Shown: positions 11,667 to 20,995, numbered from the stretch's first letter. The stretch is 64,000 nt of DNA from Methylophilaceae bacterium (GCA_038924905.1 JBCKUK010000005.1:2266-66265); one strand, 5' to 3'. Numbers and translations are program-made. The notes: generated from the letters alone by a model not told the origin.

Positions 11667-11858
11667 TTACACGTTTGGGCGGGATGATTCCGCCCAGGCT
11701 GAGCGTACGTCGGTAGTAGCCTGGACCACCACGTGCGGCAGTTCACGGGCTAAGCCACAAAGCGACCTGAGGCCGCGACAAGCGACCAAGGCAGCGCGTT
11801 TTGTCAGCCGTTCACCTTTTGGTGAGTCGAGCTGAATGGGTTGAGTATGTAATTTCAT
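11667..11858 (-). CDS. hypothetical small protein
   Basis: ORF with AAGGA 6 nt upstream of the internal ATG (MKLHTQ...). No recognisable motifs. Confidence 0.3.
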   Translation of the reverse strand: MKLHTQPIQLDSPKGERLTKRAALVACRGLRSLCGLARELPHVVVQATTDVRSAWAESSRPNV

Positions 11859-12139
11859 GGTAAATCCTTTCAAGTGAGCTGAACCGCTAGTCGAATTGAC
11901 CAGTAAAGTTCACAACTAAAATTGAAAACGTCTGCATAAGCAGACGTAGGATTTAACAAATAGAATCAGGGATGAATGGGTCCCCCTAAGCGGTTTAGAA
12001 ACAAAATCCGAACCGGGGTACGTCTTTTAGGAAGGGGGGGAGGAGTAAGGGCTCGACTAGATTTAAGTGGTTTTGCGGATGTGCAAAATATTTTTTATTT
12101 TTTCTACGGCTTTTTTTGGGGCGGCGCGTGAGGGGCGGG

Positions 12140-12618
12140 CAGGCCGCACCTGGCCACAGCCCTCGGCGTTGCTGGCATTACAACCCACGGCAAGCGTGTG
12201 CGTTTCTATTCCACCATAGAACTCGTCAACACGCTGGAACGGGAGAAAGCGGCGGGCAAACAAGGTCGGCTTGCACTTAAGCTTGATGCAAATAGATTTA
12301 GTGATTCTCGATGAGCTGGGCTATTTGCCATTCTCGCAGACAGGTGGGGCTTTGCTGTTTCATTTACTGTCCAAACTGTATGAGCGTACTAGCGTGATTA
12401 TTACCACCAATCTTACCTTCTCAGAATGGAGCAATGTGTTCATTGATGCCAAACTGACTACGGCATTATTGGATAGGCTGACACATCACTGCCATATCGT
12501 TGAAACTGGCAATGAATCTTATCGTTTTAAACAAAGCAGTGAAACCGCCAAAGATCGCATCAAGGCGCGTGAGACGGAACGGCAGGGATTTGTAATGCCA
12601 GAAACAGATGACTTTTAA
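12140..12618 (+). pseudogene. istB: IS21-family IstB helper ATPase, 5'-truncated and frameshifted
   Basis: [46 protein letters not shown] is in one frame. It continues in another frame as [46 protein letters not shown]...[21 protein letters not shown] (Walker B and IstB C-terminus). No istA is present. Confidence 0.8.
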
Positions 12619-12699
12619 TAACCCACTCAATAAAAAGGAGATAAAAACCTAGCCAGTTTGGTTGACTATCTGTATCGATGTAATACGCTACATCGTTAA

Positions 12700-12752
12700 A
12701 ATGCCTGGTCAAAATTCAACTAGCACAGCTGGTCAATTTTAACTGCGCGCCA
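12700..12752 (+). mobile_element. right terminal region of the IS21-family remnant
   Basis: Two direct copies of a transposase-site-like motif (CTGGTCAAAATTCAACT, CTGGTCAATTTTAACT) ending in ...GCGCGCCA. Multiple subterminal repeats and a CA end are typical of IS21 ends. Confidence 0.5.
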
Positions 12753-12765
12753 ACACTTCATGACG

Positions 12766-12990
12766 CTACAGTCAGTTGACCTATCTTCGCGTGGAGGGGC
12801 TTGAGGTCGATAGGTTCTGTTATGGGCGATGCGCCAAAGACGCTGGCGGCTTGTGCAAGCAGATGTTTCTTCCATTCGATTATCTGGTTCGCATGTATTT
12901 CAAAATCTTCGGCAAGCTGGCTCAAAGTTTTATCACCTTGTATGGCTACCAGCGCTATAGTACAGCATTTTAATTTTGTGTTACGATAAA
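12766..12990 (-). pseudogene. IS3-family OrfA (HTH transposase part) fragment, cut by the IS21 remnant
   Basis: Minus-strand frame reads KLKCCTIALVAIQGDKTLSQLAEDFEIHANQIIEWKKHLLAQAASVFGASPITEPIDLKPLHAKIGQLTV. This is the typical IS3 OrfA HTH plus leucine-zipper start. It has no start codon, and homology stops at the IS21 end. Confidence 0.7.
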
Positions 12991-13097
12991 CTGTGCGGTA
13001 AAGTTATAAATAATCAACAAGTAGGTTTGCATGACGTAACCGTAGCGTGAGCAAGCGCCAACTAGGGCCGCATCTTTTTATAATTGGAGTACATTCC

Positions 13098-13493
13098 ATG
13101 CGCATCAGACAAGTGCTAATACACAAGCAAGGCGGCTTTACCCTGATTGAATTGATCATCGTCATTGTCATCATCGGCATTCTGGCGGCAGTGGCAATCC
13201 CGAAATACATGGATCTGACGACTAGTGCTCAACAGGCAACAACAAGAGGCATGGCGAGTAATTTGGCCTCGGCTTCCGCGATAAACTATGCAATCCGTTC
13301 GGGAGGCGTAATAACAGGTACATTTGCAATAGCAAACTGCACACAAATAGCAAATATATTGCAGGGAGGTGTCCTCCCGACAGGCTATACAATTGGCAGC
13401 GTGGCTCTCTCCCCTGCGGGTAGTTCCGCCACCTGTACGCTTACCCATACTGCTACGTTGTCGTCTGCCACCTTTACCGGCACGGGCATCTAA
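13098..13493 (+). CDS. mshA: MSHA-type major pilin (type IV pilin, prepilin leader)
   Basis: Leader MRIRQVLIHKQGG followed by FTLIELIIVIVIIGILAAVAIPKY (G/F cleavage site, Glu+5). GGAG lies 8 nt upstream of ATG 13098. First gene of the pilin operon. Confidence 0.8.
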   Translation: MRIRQVLIHKQGGFTLIELIIVIVIIGILAAVAIPKYMDLTTSAQQATTRGMASNLASASAINYAIRSGGVITGTFAIANCTQIANILQGGVLPTGYTIGSVALSPAGSSATCTLTHTATLSSATFTGTGI

Positions 13494-13555
13494 TGAGAAG
13501 TTTGAACAAGCCAGAAAGGGAACGACTCCCTTTCCGGCTTGTTCATTAGATTTCG

Positions 13556-14044
13556 ATGAGCACTTTACCTAAAAAATCGTGTGTGGGTTTCACGCTCGTC
13601 GAGCTGATCATCGTCATTGTCGTGCTCGGCATCGTCAGCACCTACGTTGTCATGAGAAATTTTTCGGTGGCTGATGCCACCCTGCCCTCGCAGGCGCAGA
13701 AAATGGCCAGCGATATCCGCCATGCACAGACCCTGGCCACCACCTGGGGCAAAAGCCTGCAATTGAATACCACCGCTGGCACCAATGGCGTTTACAGCGT
13801 CTCCTGCGTCATTGCCACTGCAGGCGTATCGCCCTGCGGCGTGAGCCCGGTGATTAATCCAGCCACCGGTAACAGCTTCAGCGTCGAGTTGCAAAAAGGC
13901 GTGGCGCTGGCAGGCACCGCTACACTTAGTTTCAACAGCTTGGGCCAGCCAAACGCTTCCGCAAGCTATACCTTGACCTCCGGCGGCGGCACGAAAACGA
14001 TTTCCGTAGCGGCGCTGACCGGCCATGTGACGGTGTCGCCATGA
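13556..14044 (+). CDS. minor pilin, GspH/FimT-like (MshC-like)
   Basis: Prepilin N-terminus KKSCVGFTLVELIIVIVVLGIV. Confidence 0.7.
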   Translation: MSTLPKKSCVGFTLVELIIVIVVLGIVSTYVVMRNFSVADATLPSQAQKMASDIRHAQTLATTWGKSLQLNTTAGTNGVYSVSCVIATAGVSPCGVSPVINPATGNSFSVELQKGVALAGTATLSFNSLGQPNASASYTLTSGGGTKTISVAALTGHVTVSP

Positions 14045-14460
14045 GACGCGGACATCTGCATCGTTTTGCCGCACACAAGGGATTCACGCTGATCGAATCT
14101 ATTATTGTCATGGTCGTGCTGGGCATCGCTGCGGTCGCGATTATCAATCTGCAGGGCAACATTTTTTTCGGTCAGTCCGCCAACAAAAACATGCAGATCG
14201 GCGTGCAACTGATGCAGGAATGTGCCGAGCAGGTGCTGGCCACGCGTAGGGGCAGTAGGGGTGGTTATACCGCCGTTGCAAGCCCCCGTTTCGGCACCAA
14301 CGCATGCGGTGGAATGACGGCATTCAGCAGCGACAGCATCCCCAGCGTCACGTTGACACCCTATACAGGCGCCGGATGCCCCACCGGCGGCACCTGCAAG
14401 CTGGTTTCAATCACACAGGGTGGTTTAAGCCCTATCACCCTGATGCTGGTGAACTACTGA
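14041..14460 (+). CDS. minor pilin (MshD-like)
   Basis: Prepilin N-terminus HKGFTLIESIIVMVVLGIAAV. ATGA overlap with the preceding gene. Confidence 0.7.
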   Translation: MRRGHLHRFAAHKGFTLIESIIVMVVLGIAAVAIINLQGNIFFGQSANKNMQIGVQLMQECAEQVLATRRGSRGGYTAVASPRFGTNACGGMTAFSSDSIPSVTLTPYTGAGCPTGGTCKLVSITQGGLSPITLMLVNY

Positions 14461-14461
14461 C

Positions 14462-15058
14462 ATGCGCGGCCAGGCTTCCCTTTTGCGCCATACACCGTCC
14501 CGCCGGCATAACAGCGGCTTCACCCTGATCGAACTGATCATTTCCATCGTGCTGCTGGGCATACTCGCAGTGGTGGGGTCTTCCATGATTTCGGCTAGCT
14601 TCACCACCACCCGCATCGTCAACGCCAGCCAAGCCAGCGCAACCGAGGCGCGCTATGCGCTGGAACGGCTGGCACGCGAAATCCGCGAGGTCAAGTATGC
14701 CCGCAGCGGCACCACCGGCAACCTGTGCATCACCACCTGGACGCCAATCAATCTGGTGTTCAACAAAATGAACCAAGACAGCACCAACGTGGACAACTGC
14801 AACACGGAAGTCAGCACCGTCAACATAATCTACAGCAGCCCCAGCCTGAGCTTGCATGTATCTGGCGTGGATTACGCGCTAACGAAGCAGGTCGATAGCA
14901 ACGGTTTTCGGCTTGGCTACTACCAAAGCGATGGCAGCACGGAGGCGACTGGCATCGCCAACATCCGCTTCGTCCAGATCACTTTGAGCGTGAAGGACGC
15001 TGCCGTCAGCGGGCAAAGCACGGCGCAACGCACCCGCGTCGCCCTGAGGAACATCTAA
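14462..15058 (+). CDS. mshO: minor pilin / MSHA biogenesis protein MshO-like
   Basis: Prepilin N-terminus NSGFTLIELIISIVLLGILAVVG followed by EARYALERLAREIREV, as I recall for MshO. Confidence 0.6.
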   Translation: MRGQASLLRHTPSRRHNSGFTLIELIISIVLLGILAVVGSSMISASFTTTRIVNASQASATEARYALERLAREIREVKYARSGTTGNLCITTWTPINLVFNKMNQDSTNVDNCNTEVSTVNIIYSSPSLSLHVSGVDYALTKQVDSNGFRLGYYQSDGSTEATGIANIRFVQITLSVKDAAVSGQSTAQRTRVALRNI

Positions 15059-17706
15059 TGAACGCATCGCGCACCCAGTCCCGTTTCCGCCAGCAAGGTA
15101 TGGTAACCGTCTTGGCGGTGATGTTTCTGATCACCGCAGTGATTTTTGTGCTGAGCCAAACGCTCAGCATCACCGGCTCCAACAGCATGGACAACAAGCA
15201 GCAGATGGACAGCACGGTGGCATTTTTTCTGGCGGAAAGCGGGCTGGAAAGGGCCCAGGGCACCATCAGGACGGCGGCCATCGCTGGTACCAATACCAGC
15301 GCCACCTGCACCGGCCTGGCGTTGCTGCCAGCGATCAGCCTGGGGTCTGGCACTTTCCAATATACCGGCGCCCAGCCTTACTGCGGCAATCCCGCAGTTC
15401 CCTGTGTTAACTGCGGCGGTGCGTATCCCGCCTGTGCCAGTTGCGCTGTAACGGTCAAGGGGACGGTCGGCTCCGCTTCCCGTGTCATCCGTGCCAGTCT
15501 TGCCGCCACCAGAGCCACCGGGATAGAAGGTTTTGCCAGCAATTTTATGCTGAACCTCGAAGCCGACGATCCCAATTCGTTCGTATTCACCCACCTGGCC
15601 TTCAACCGGCCAGAAAACTGGGTCGTAGATGCGAGCATCGGAAGTTGTATTAATAGCAGCCCTGGCACCAGCATCACCACGTGTCAACTAAGCTGGTACT
15701 TGCCAGGAACCACATATAACAATACCTCCGGCCAGGGCGTTTATGCCCAAGTGCCCACGCCCGGTAATTACTCCATTACGGTAGCCTTGGCGCGTAACGG
15801 CGTCCCCGTTCAACAGAACTACGTGCAGGTAGGGATCATCCTGAGTCCGACGACCCCCCCTGGAACGGTCACCCACGTTGGTTCTTACACCCGATCGACT
15901 AATAACGCATGTGTAGACCCGGACTCGCCCAGGACGATGCCGGTCACCTATTTGGTTGGCTCCGGTCAATCTTGTTCTAATGATGAATACCAGTACGGCG
16001 TCCTTCCCAGCACCAGCACCAGCACCTGGGCCTGCAACGCCAACAGCGGCACAACCACCGCCGCGACTGTCGACTGGTCCAACGCGGCGAGTGCGAATCT
16101 GTTGATTTTGGGCTTCGGTGGAAAGCCCTATTCCGGCGATTCAACGCTACGTAGGGGTAGGCTGAGGGCCGTCAGTCTGAACGGTCAGCCGATGTACCGG
16201 CAACTGGAGATGGTCGGGACGCAAAAGGTGGGCACCACATCACGCGACGAGTTGCAGTACTCACAAATCTGGACTGCCTATAACGCCGACTACTATTCGA
16301 CGGCCAACGCCAACAACGGCGCGAAATTTGTCGGGACTATAGGTGCAAATTTCACGGGAGCCACAGGAGGAATCGTTCAGGGCTGCATCGGCAGCACCAC
16401 CAGTTGTAGCATCCTCCTCTCCACCCCCAATTGCTCCGGCAGCGGCAATACATTGCGAGTTTGCGATGTAACAGGCGGCGCGCTGTTTGGCCAACTCAGG
16501 GTAGGCGACACACTCAGCAGCACCGGCACTGCCCCCAATGTCAGCGCCAACACCACGATTACCGCGTTGGGAACAGGCACGGGCGGAACTGGTACCTATA
16601 CCGTCAGCAGTTCACCACAATCGGTGAGCAACAAGAACATAGCGGCAACCAACAACATATTGCGCGTCACCGCCATCAACACCACCGTCAGTAGCGGCCT
16701 ACTGACGGCGGGAGACGTCATTACCATAGGAGGCATCATCAGAACCATCCAGCCGTTCACCACCTCCGGCACCACCGGGATAATAGGATCGACAGGCAAC
16801 TATGTCCTCGATACCCAGGTTACACCACCGGTCAACACCTCCTCCATGCAAGCCAATAGCCATGTTCTGCGGCTTGCCGCTAACACCTGTCCCGGCGGCA
16901 GTTTGGCCATAGACAACTCTGTCATAGGTATTGTAAATGGCACGAATTACGGCACGCTCAGCGCGCTGCTCTCGGGCACTGCAAACCAGAGCGGCGCCCT
17001 GTATACACTAACGGGCAGTCCCCAACCCCAATATGTACCCACCCCAGCTATTGCCTGTGGAACCAACAATAGCAATGCCAATATGCACACCAACCCCACC
17101 ACGATCACCCTGTCCAGCGGCACCACTGCACCTTTGCCGGGTACGGCGCTGGCGGTTTATCCCGTGACCGGGACAGCAGGCGCCTTTCTCCCGGACAGTG
17201 TTACCGGTAGCATCAACGGCACGACACTGAACGTCACCGCTGTTTCTGGAGTGCCGAATTTGAGCGTGGGCGATGCGCTCTTCGGGGCGAATATTCTGCC
17301 CAATACGACCATCACGGAACGAGCCCCAGGAACAACCGGCGGTACAGGCACCTATACCATCACCCCCAGCCAGACTGCGGCGGCGAGCGTGAGCGGCCCG
17401 ATCATGGCACGGGCGGCCGTGGTGACAGTCGCGTCGCCCACTTCCTTCACCATGTCGCGTCTGCCGGACACCGCGCTTAACAATGCCAAGCTCTGCGGCG
17501 GCGTCTGTCCTTTCCTGCTGAGTGACGGAACGAATCCTGTGGGTAGATTTAACTTCATCCGTGTCGGCAATGCCGTAGATAATATCGAAAATTATGACGA
17601 CTGGTCATCCGGTTTTGCCTGCCTGCGCGGGGTGGATCCCACCAGCATCAAGAATCTGGGGCAGGTTACGTCGAGCCGGCCCAGCTGGAGCGAGCCGCCG
17701 CAGTGA
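15058..17706 (+). CDS. 882-aa PilX_N/MshP-like N-terminus fused to a Thr/Ser/Gly/Asn-rich, Cys-containing extracellular region (putative pilus-tip adhesin)
   Basis: N-terminus QQGMVTVLAVMFLITAVIFVLSQ...AFFLAESGLERAQ matches the PilX/MshP N-terminal pattern. TAATG overlap with mshO. At least three internal ~45-aa repeat modules are visible. Confidence 0.7.
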   Translation: MNASRTQSRFRQQGMVTVLAVMFLITAVIFVLSQTLSITGSNSMDNKQQMDSTVAFFLAESGLERAQGTIRTAAIAGTNTSATCTGLALLPAISLGSGTFQYTGAQPYCGNPAVPCVNCGGAYPACASCAVTVKGTVGSASRVIRASLAATRATGIEGFASNFMLNLEADDPNSFVFTHLAFNRPENWVVDASIGSCINSSPGTSITTCQLSWYLPGTTYNNTSGQGVYAQVPTPGNYSITVALARNGVPVQQNYVQVGIILSPTTPPGTVTHVGSYTRSTNNACVDPDSPRTMPVTYLVGSGQSCSNDEYQYGVLPSTSTSTWACNANSGTTTAATVDWSNAASANLLILGFGGKPYSGDSTLRRGRLRAVSLNGQPMYRQLEMVGTQKVGTTSRDELQYSQIWTAYNADYYSTANANNGAKFVGTIGANFTGATGGIVQGCIGSTTSCSILLSTPNCSGSGNTLRVCDVTGGALFGQLRVGDTLSSTGTAPNVSANTTITALGTGTGGTGTYTVSSSPQSVSNKNIAATNNILRVTAINTTVSSGLLTAGDVITIGGIIRTIQPFTTSGTTGIIGSTGNYVLDTQVTPPVNTSSMQANSHVLRLAANTCPGGSLAIDNSVIGIVNGTNYGTLSALLSGTANQSGALYTLTGSPQPQYVPTPAIACGTNNSNANMHTNPTTITLSSGTTAPLPGTALAVYPVTGTAGAFLPDSVTGSINGTTLNVTAVSGVPNLSVGDALFGANILPNTTITERAPGTTGGTGTYTITPSQTAAASVSGPIMARAAVVTVASPTSFTMSRLPDTALNNAKLCGGVCPFLLSDGTNPVGRFNFIRVGNAVDNIENYDDWSSGFACLRGVDPTSIKNLGQVTSSRPSWSEPPQ

Positions 17707-17878
17707 TTCTGCGCCCGGCCGTTTTACCTGCCTAGCGCCAACGATACACGCAACATTTTTCAGGGTATGGCGCGCAAGCCCGTTCCAGCGGCGATGCTGA
17801 GCGTGCCGGCAATCAACATGATGGCGTGACGCAACCTATGCGGCATGATGTGCGCACTAGCAAAGAGCCAGCAACTTA

Positions 17879-18008
17879 GGAAACGCTGATTAAATCAATA
17901 ATGGGGTTTGATACATTTGCCGTTCGCCCCGACTGACGCGCGTAGCGCGGTGTATCGAGGGGTGCAAACGGGAAACACTCACCACGAATGGATTTAATCA
18001 GCGTTTCC
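17879..18008. repeat. 130-bp element bounded by an 18-bp perfect inverted repeat (long hairpin, MITE-like or terminator)
   Basis: GGAAACGCTGATTAAATC at 17879-17896 and its exact reverse complement at 17991-18008, abutting the mshG stop. Confidence 0.7.
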
Positions 18009-18009
18009 C

Positions 18010-19236
18010 TTACTTCTGGTGCGCCAGTTGGGTAAGATCCCATAGTGGCAAGAAAATACCCAGCAGGAGAATGGCCACCAGTACCCCCATCACCACCAGT
18101 AAGATGGGTTCAATGCTTGCGCCGAGTTGTTCGACCTGATAGTCAACTTCACCCTGATACATGTCGGCGACCTGATCCAGCATGGACTCGATATCGCCGG
18201 TTTCCTCGCCCACCGCAATCATCTGCAACTCTAGCTGCGAAAAAATTTCAGAGCTCTGCGCCACGCGCAGCATGGTTTCACCACGTTCCATTCCTACACG
18301 CATCTGCAGGATGCGTTGTTCGTAAAAAGCATTGTCCACCACGCGCGATACCAACGTAAAAGCTTGTACGATGGGTACGCCGCTTTTGCTGGCTGCAGCA
18401 AAACTGCGGCAAAAGCGCGCGATGGTCGCTTTGATAAATATGCTGCCAATGATGGGGAATCCAAGCTTGAACTTGTCCCATTTGTAGCGCCCATCCGGGG
18501 TCGCGGTGTATCGCCGGAACGCATAAACAGCGAGGATGATTGCCGCCAGCACTGCCCACCAGTAATGCACCGAGAAATCCGACATTGCGATCAGTAAAAT
18601 GGTAAGTGCCGGCAACTCCACATGCATGCCGCTATAAACCTTGGCAAAGACCGGGATGACAAATATGCTGAGCATAGCGACAGCGATCATGATCGCCATG
18701 ATCACGAAGGTAGGATAGCGCATTGCGCCCTTAATCTTCTGCTTCATCTGTTTGTCGAACTCGAGCTGCTCGAACAGGCGTTTGAACATCTCTTGCATCT
18801 GCCCGGAACTTTCGCCGACCCGGATCATGCTGACGTAATATTCGTTGAAAAACTTTGGGTGTTGCGCCATCGCTTGGCTGAGCTCAAGGCCTTTGTCGAG
18901 GTCAGCGCGTATCGATTGCAGCACTTCGATCAGGCGCTGGTTAGCGGTCGATTTCTGTATGCCTTCGAGCGCCTGCAGTATGGGTATGCCAGCCTTAACC
19001 ATGGTGCGCATCTGCCGGGTGAACAGCAGCAGGTCAACAAGGCCGAGTGAACCCTCGCCCTGCAGCGCGCGCAGCCACTGCGGCTGCTCTTTCAATGAGG
19101 GCTGCATCTTGATGGCGATGGGAGAAATGTCCACGGCCAGCATCCATGCCGCTACTGCCTGGGGATTGGATGATTCGATCGTGCCCTGCATAGTCTCGAC
19201 GCGCTTGTTGCGGCCTTTGTATTGGTAGGTATCCAT
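18010..19236 (-). CDS. mshG: MSHA pilus platform protein (GspF/PilC family)
   Basis: 408 aa with two GspF-type repeats and three hydrophobic segments. It lies directly downstream of the ATPase gene. Confidence 0.85.
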   Translation of the reverse strand: MDTYQYKGRNKRVETMQGTIESSNPQAVAAWMLAVDISPIAIKMQPSLKEQPQWLRALQGEGSLGLVDLLLFTRQMRTMVKAGIPILQALEGIQKSTANQRLIEVLQSIRADLDKGLELSQAMAQHPKFFNEYYVSMIRVGESSGQMQEMFKRLFEQLEFDKQMKQKIKGAMRYPTFVIMAIMIAVAMLSIFVIPVFAKVYSGMHVELPALTILLIAMSDFSVHYWWAVLAAIILAVYAFRRYTATPDGRYKWDKFKLGFPIIGSIFIKATIARFCRSFAAASKSGVPIVQAFTLVSRVVDNAFYEQRILQMRVGMERGETMLRVAQSSEIFSQLELQMIAVGEETGDIESMLDQVADMYQGEVDYQVEQLGASIEPILLVVMGVLVAILLLGIFLPLWDLTQLAHQK

Positions 19237-19282
19237 GATCGGTTATTCTCCCGGATGGCGCGCTTATCGGGTGCGCCTGCGC

Positions 19283-20995
19283 TCAGACATCAATTGATGT
19301 CACCACGGTCATTGCTTCGACTATGGTCGTCTCGCCTTTTAGAACCAGTTCCAGCGCGCGGTGTTCCAGCGTGTCGTTGCCTATCTGCTCGCGCGCCACT
19401 TTTTCAAACAGCACCAGATCGCCCTTATGGATGGCGGCGGCGAGCGGGGCGGTCATTTCCATGATCTCGAATACGCCGATGCGGCCTGTGTAGCCTACGC
19501 CGTTGCAGCGCGCACAGCCTTTGCCGCGGCGTAATTTGGCATGCGCGAGTTCATCCTCACTCAGGTAATGCTTGATCCACTCCATTTCTTCGACGGAGGG
19601 GGTATAAGGTTCGGAACAATACCGGCAAATGATCCGCAGCAGCCGTTGCGACACCACCATCAGCAGCGTTGAGGCAATCTTGTAGCCGGCTACCCCCATA
19701 TCCAGCAGGCGGGAGGGCGTGCTGATCGCGTCATTGGTGTGCAGCGTGGACAGCACCATGTGACCGGTCATCGCGGCGCGGATGGCAATTTCCACGGTTT
19801 CTTCGTCGCGGATTTCACCGACCAGCAGGATGTCCGGATCCTGCCGCAGGAAGGAGCGCAGTACGCGCGCGAAGGTGAGTTCTACTTTCTCGTTGACCTG
19901 CACCTGGTTGATGCCGGGGATGCGATACTCGACCGGATCTTCGCAGGTCAGGATCTTGACGCCGGGATGATTGAGCCGTCCCAGCGCGCCATAGAGCGTG
20001 GTGGTTTTGCCGCTGCCGGTGGGGCCCGTGACGAGCACGATGCCGTGCGGCGATTTGATCGCCCGGTCGAATTTCCTAAGCACCTGCGCGGACATGCCGT
20101 AGGTTTCCAGTTTCAGCAGCCCCTGGTTTTGCATCAGTATGCGCATTACCACCGATTCGCCATGCTGCGTGGGCATGGTGGACATACGGATATCGAGCTT
20201 GTAGCTCCCGGACTTGACCGTGATGCGCCCGTCCTGCGGCTGGCGCCGTTCCGCGATATCCAGCCCGGCCATTAGTTTCAGGCGCACCAGCAGCGCGGGG
20301 GAGATTCTGGAGTCGGCCTCGATCTGGGTATGCAGAACGCCATCGATCCGGAAGCGCACTACCAGCTTGTTTTCCTGCGGCTCGATGTGGATGTCGGATG
20401 CCCGCACCTGCGCGGCATCGTCAATTATCGTTTGCAGCAGCTTGATCACCGGCGCATCCGCGTTGTCGATGCTGTCGCCGATCTTGTTCAGATCAATGAC
20501 GTTGGCATCACGCTCGATATCGCGTTCGACTTCCCGGGCAAATTCGACGATCTGCTCGGTCTTGCGGTAGATGCGGTCTATTGTATGCACCAGCTGATCG
20601 TTGGTGATCAGGGCCACGTCGATCGGGCGCTTGAGCAGCTGTGATAGCTCATCCTGGGAGCGCAGGTCGGAAGGATCCGCCAGCCCGATCAGATAGGTTC
20701 CCCCACGATCTTCCAGAACAATGGCGCGAAAGTGGCGGGCCTGCAATTCCGTCAGGATGTCCGTAGCGTCCGGGCTGGCCTCAAAGAGCCTGAGATCGAT
20801 GTAGGGTACATCAAGCTGCTCGGCCATCACCTGGGCGCCCTGCTCTTCGGTGACGTATTTTCTTTCGACTAGCACTCGCCCGAGCAGGAGCCCGCTGCGT
20901 TTTTGATCGGCCAGCGCTTCGATTAGCTGCTCCGCGCTGAGGAGCCCCTGCTCCACCAACACGGAGCCAAGCTGAGTAGATTTTGACGTTCCCAT
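19283..20995 (-). CDS. mshE: MSHA pilus extension ATPase (GspE family) with N-terminal MshEN-type c-di-GMP-binding motif
   Basis: Walker A GPTGSGKTT, Walker B ILLVGEIRD, His box, and tetracysteine CRYC...CARC. N-terminus is QLGSVLVEQGLLSAEQLIEALADQ-KRSGL-LLGRVLVERKYVTEEQGAQVMAEQ. Confidence 0.88.
   Translation of the reverse strand: MGTSKSTQLGSVLVEQGLLSAEQLIEALADQKRSGLLLGRVLVERKYVTEEQGAQVMAEQLDVPYIDLRLFEASPDATDILTELQARHFRAIVLEDRGGTYLIGLADPSDLRSQDELSQLLKRPIDVALITNDQLVHTIDRIYRKTEQIVEFAREVERDIERDANVIDLNKIGDSIDNADAPVIKLLQTIIDDAAQVRASDIHIEPQENKLVVRFRIDGVLHTQIEADSRISPALLVRLKLMAGLDIAERRQPQDGRITVKSGSYKLDIRMSTMPTQHGESVVMRILMQNQGLLKLETYGMSAQVLRKFDRAIKSPHGIVLVTGPTGSGKTTTLYGALGRLNHPGVKILTCEDPVEYRIPGINQVQVNEKVELTFARVLRSFLRQDPDILLVGEIRDEETVEIAIRAAMTGHMVLSTLHTNDAISTPSRLLDMGVAGYKIASTLLMVVSQRLLRIICRYCSEPYTPSVEEMEWIKHYLSEDELAHAKLRRGKGCARCNGVGYTGRIGVFEIMEMTAPLAAAIHKGDLVLFEKVAREQIGNDTLEHRALELVLKGETTIVEAMTVVTSIDV

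Noticed and set aside
11925-11948. Perfect 8-bp hairpin ACGTCTGC-ataa-GCAGACGT with a T-run on the minus strand.
   Set aside because: It looks like a terminator but has no gene upstream on that strand. It is probably orphaned by the IS-mediated deletion, so I did not list it as a feature.
13116-15687. Long ORFs antisense to or overlapping the pilin genes (for example 13116..13448, 13565..14074, 14435..14857, 15055..15687).
   Set aside because: They are typical shadow ORFs of GC-rich DNA. They have Arg/Gly/Ala-rich nonsense composition and no start context. The opposite strand carries clear prepilin signatures.
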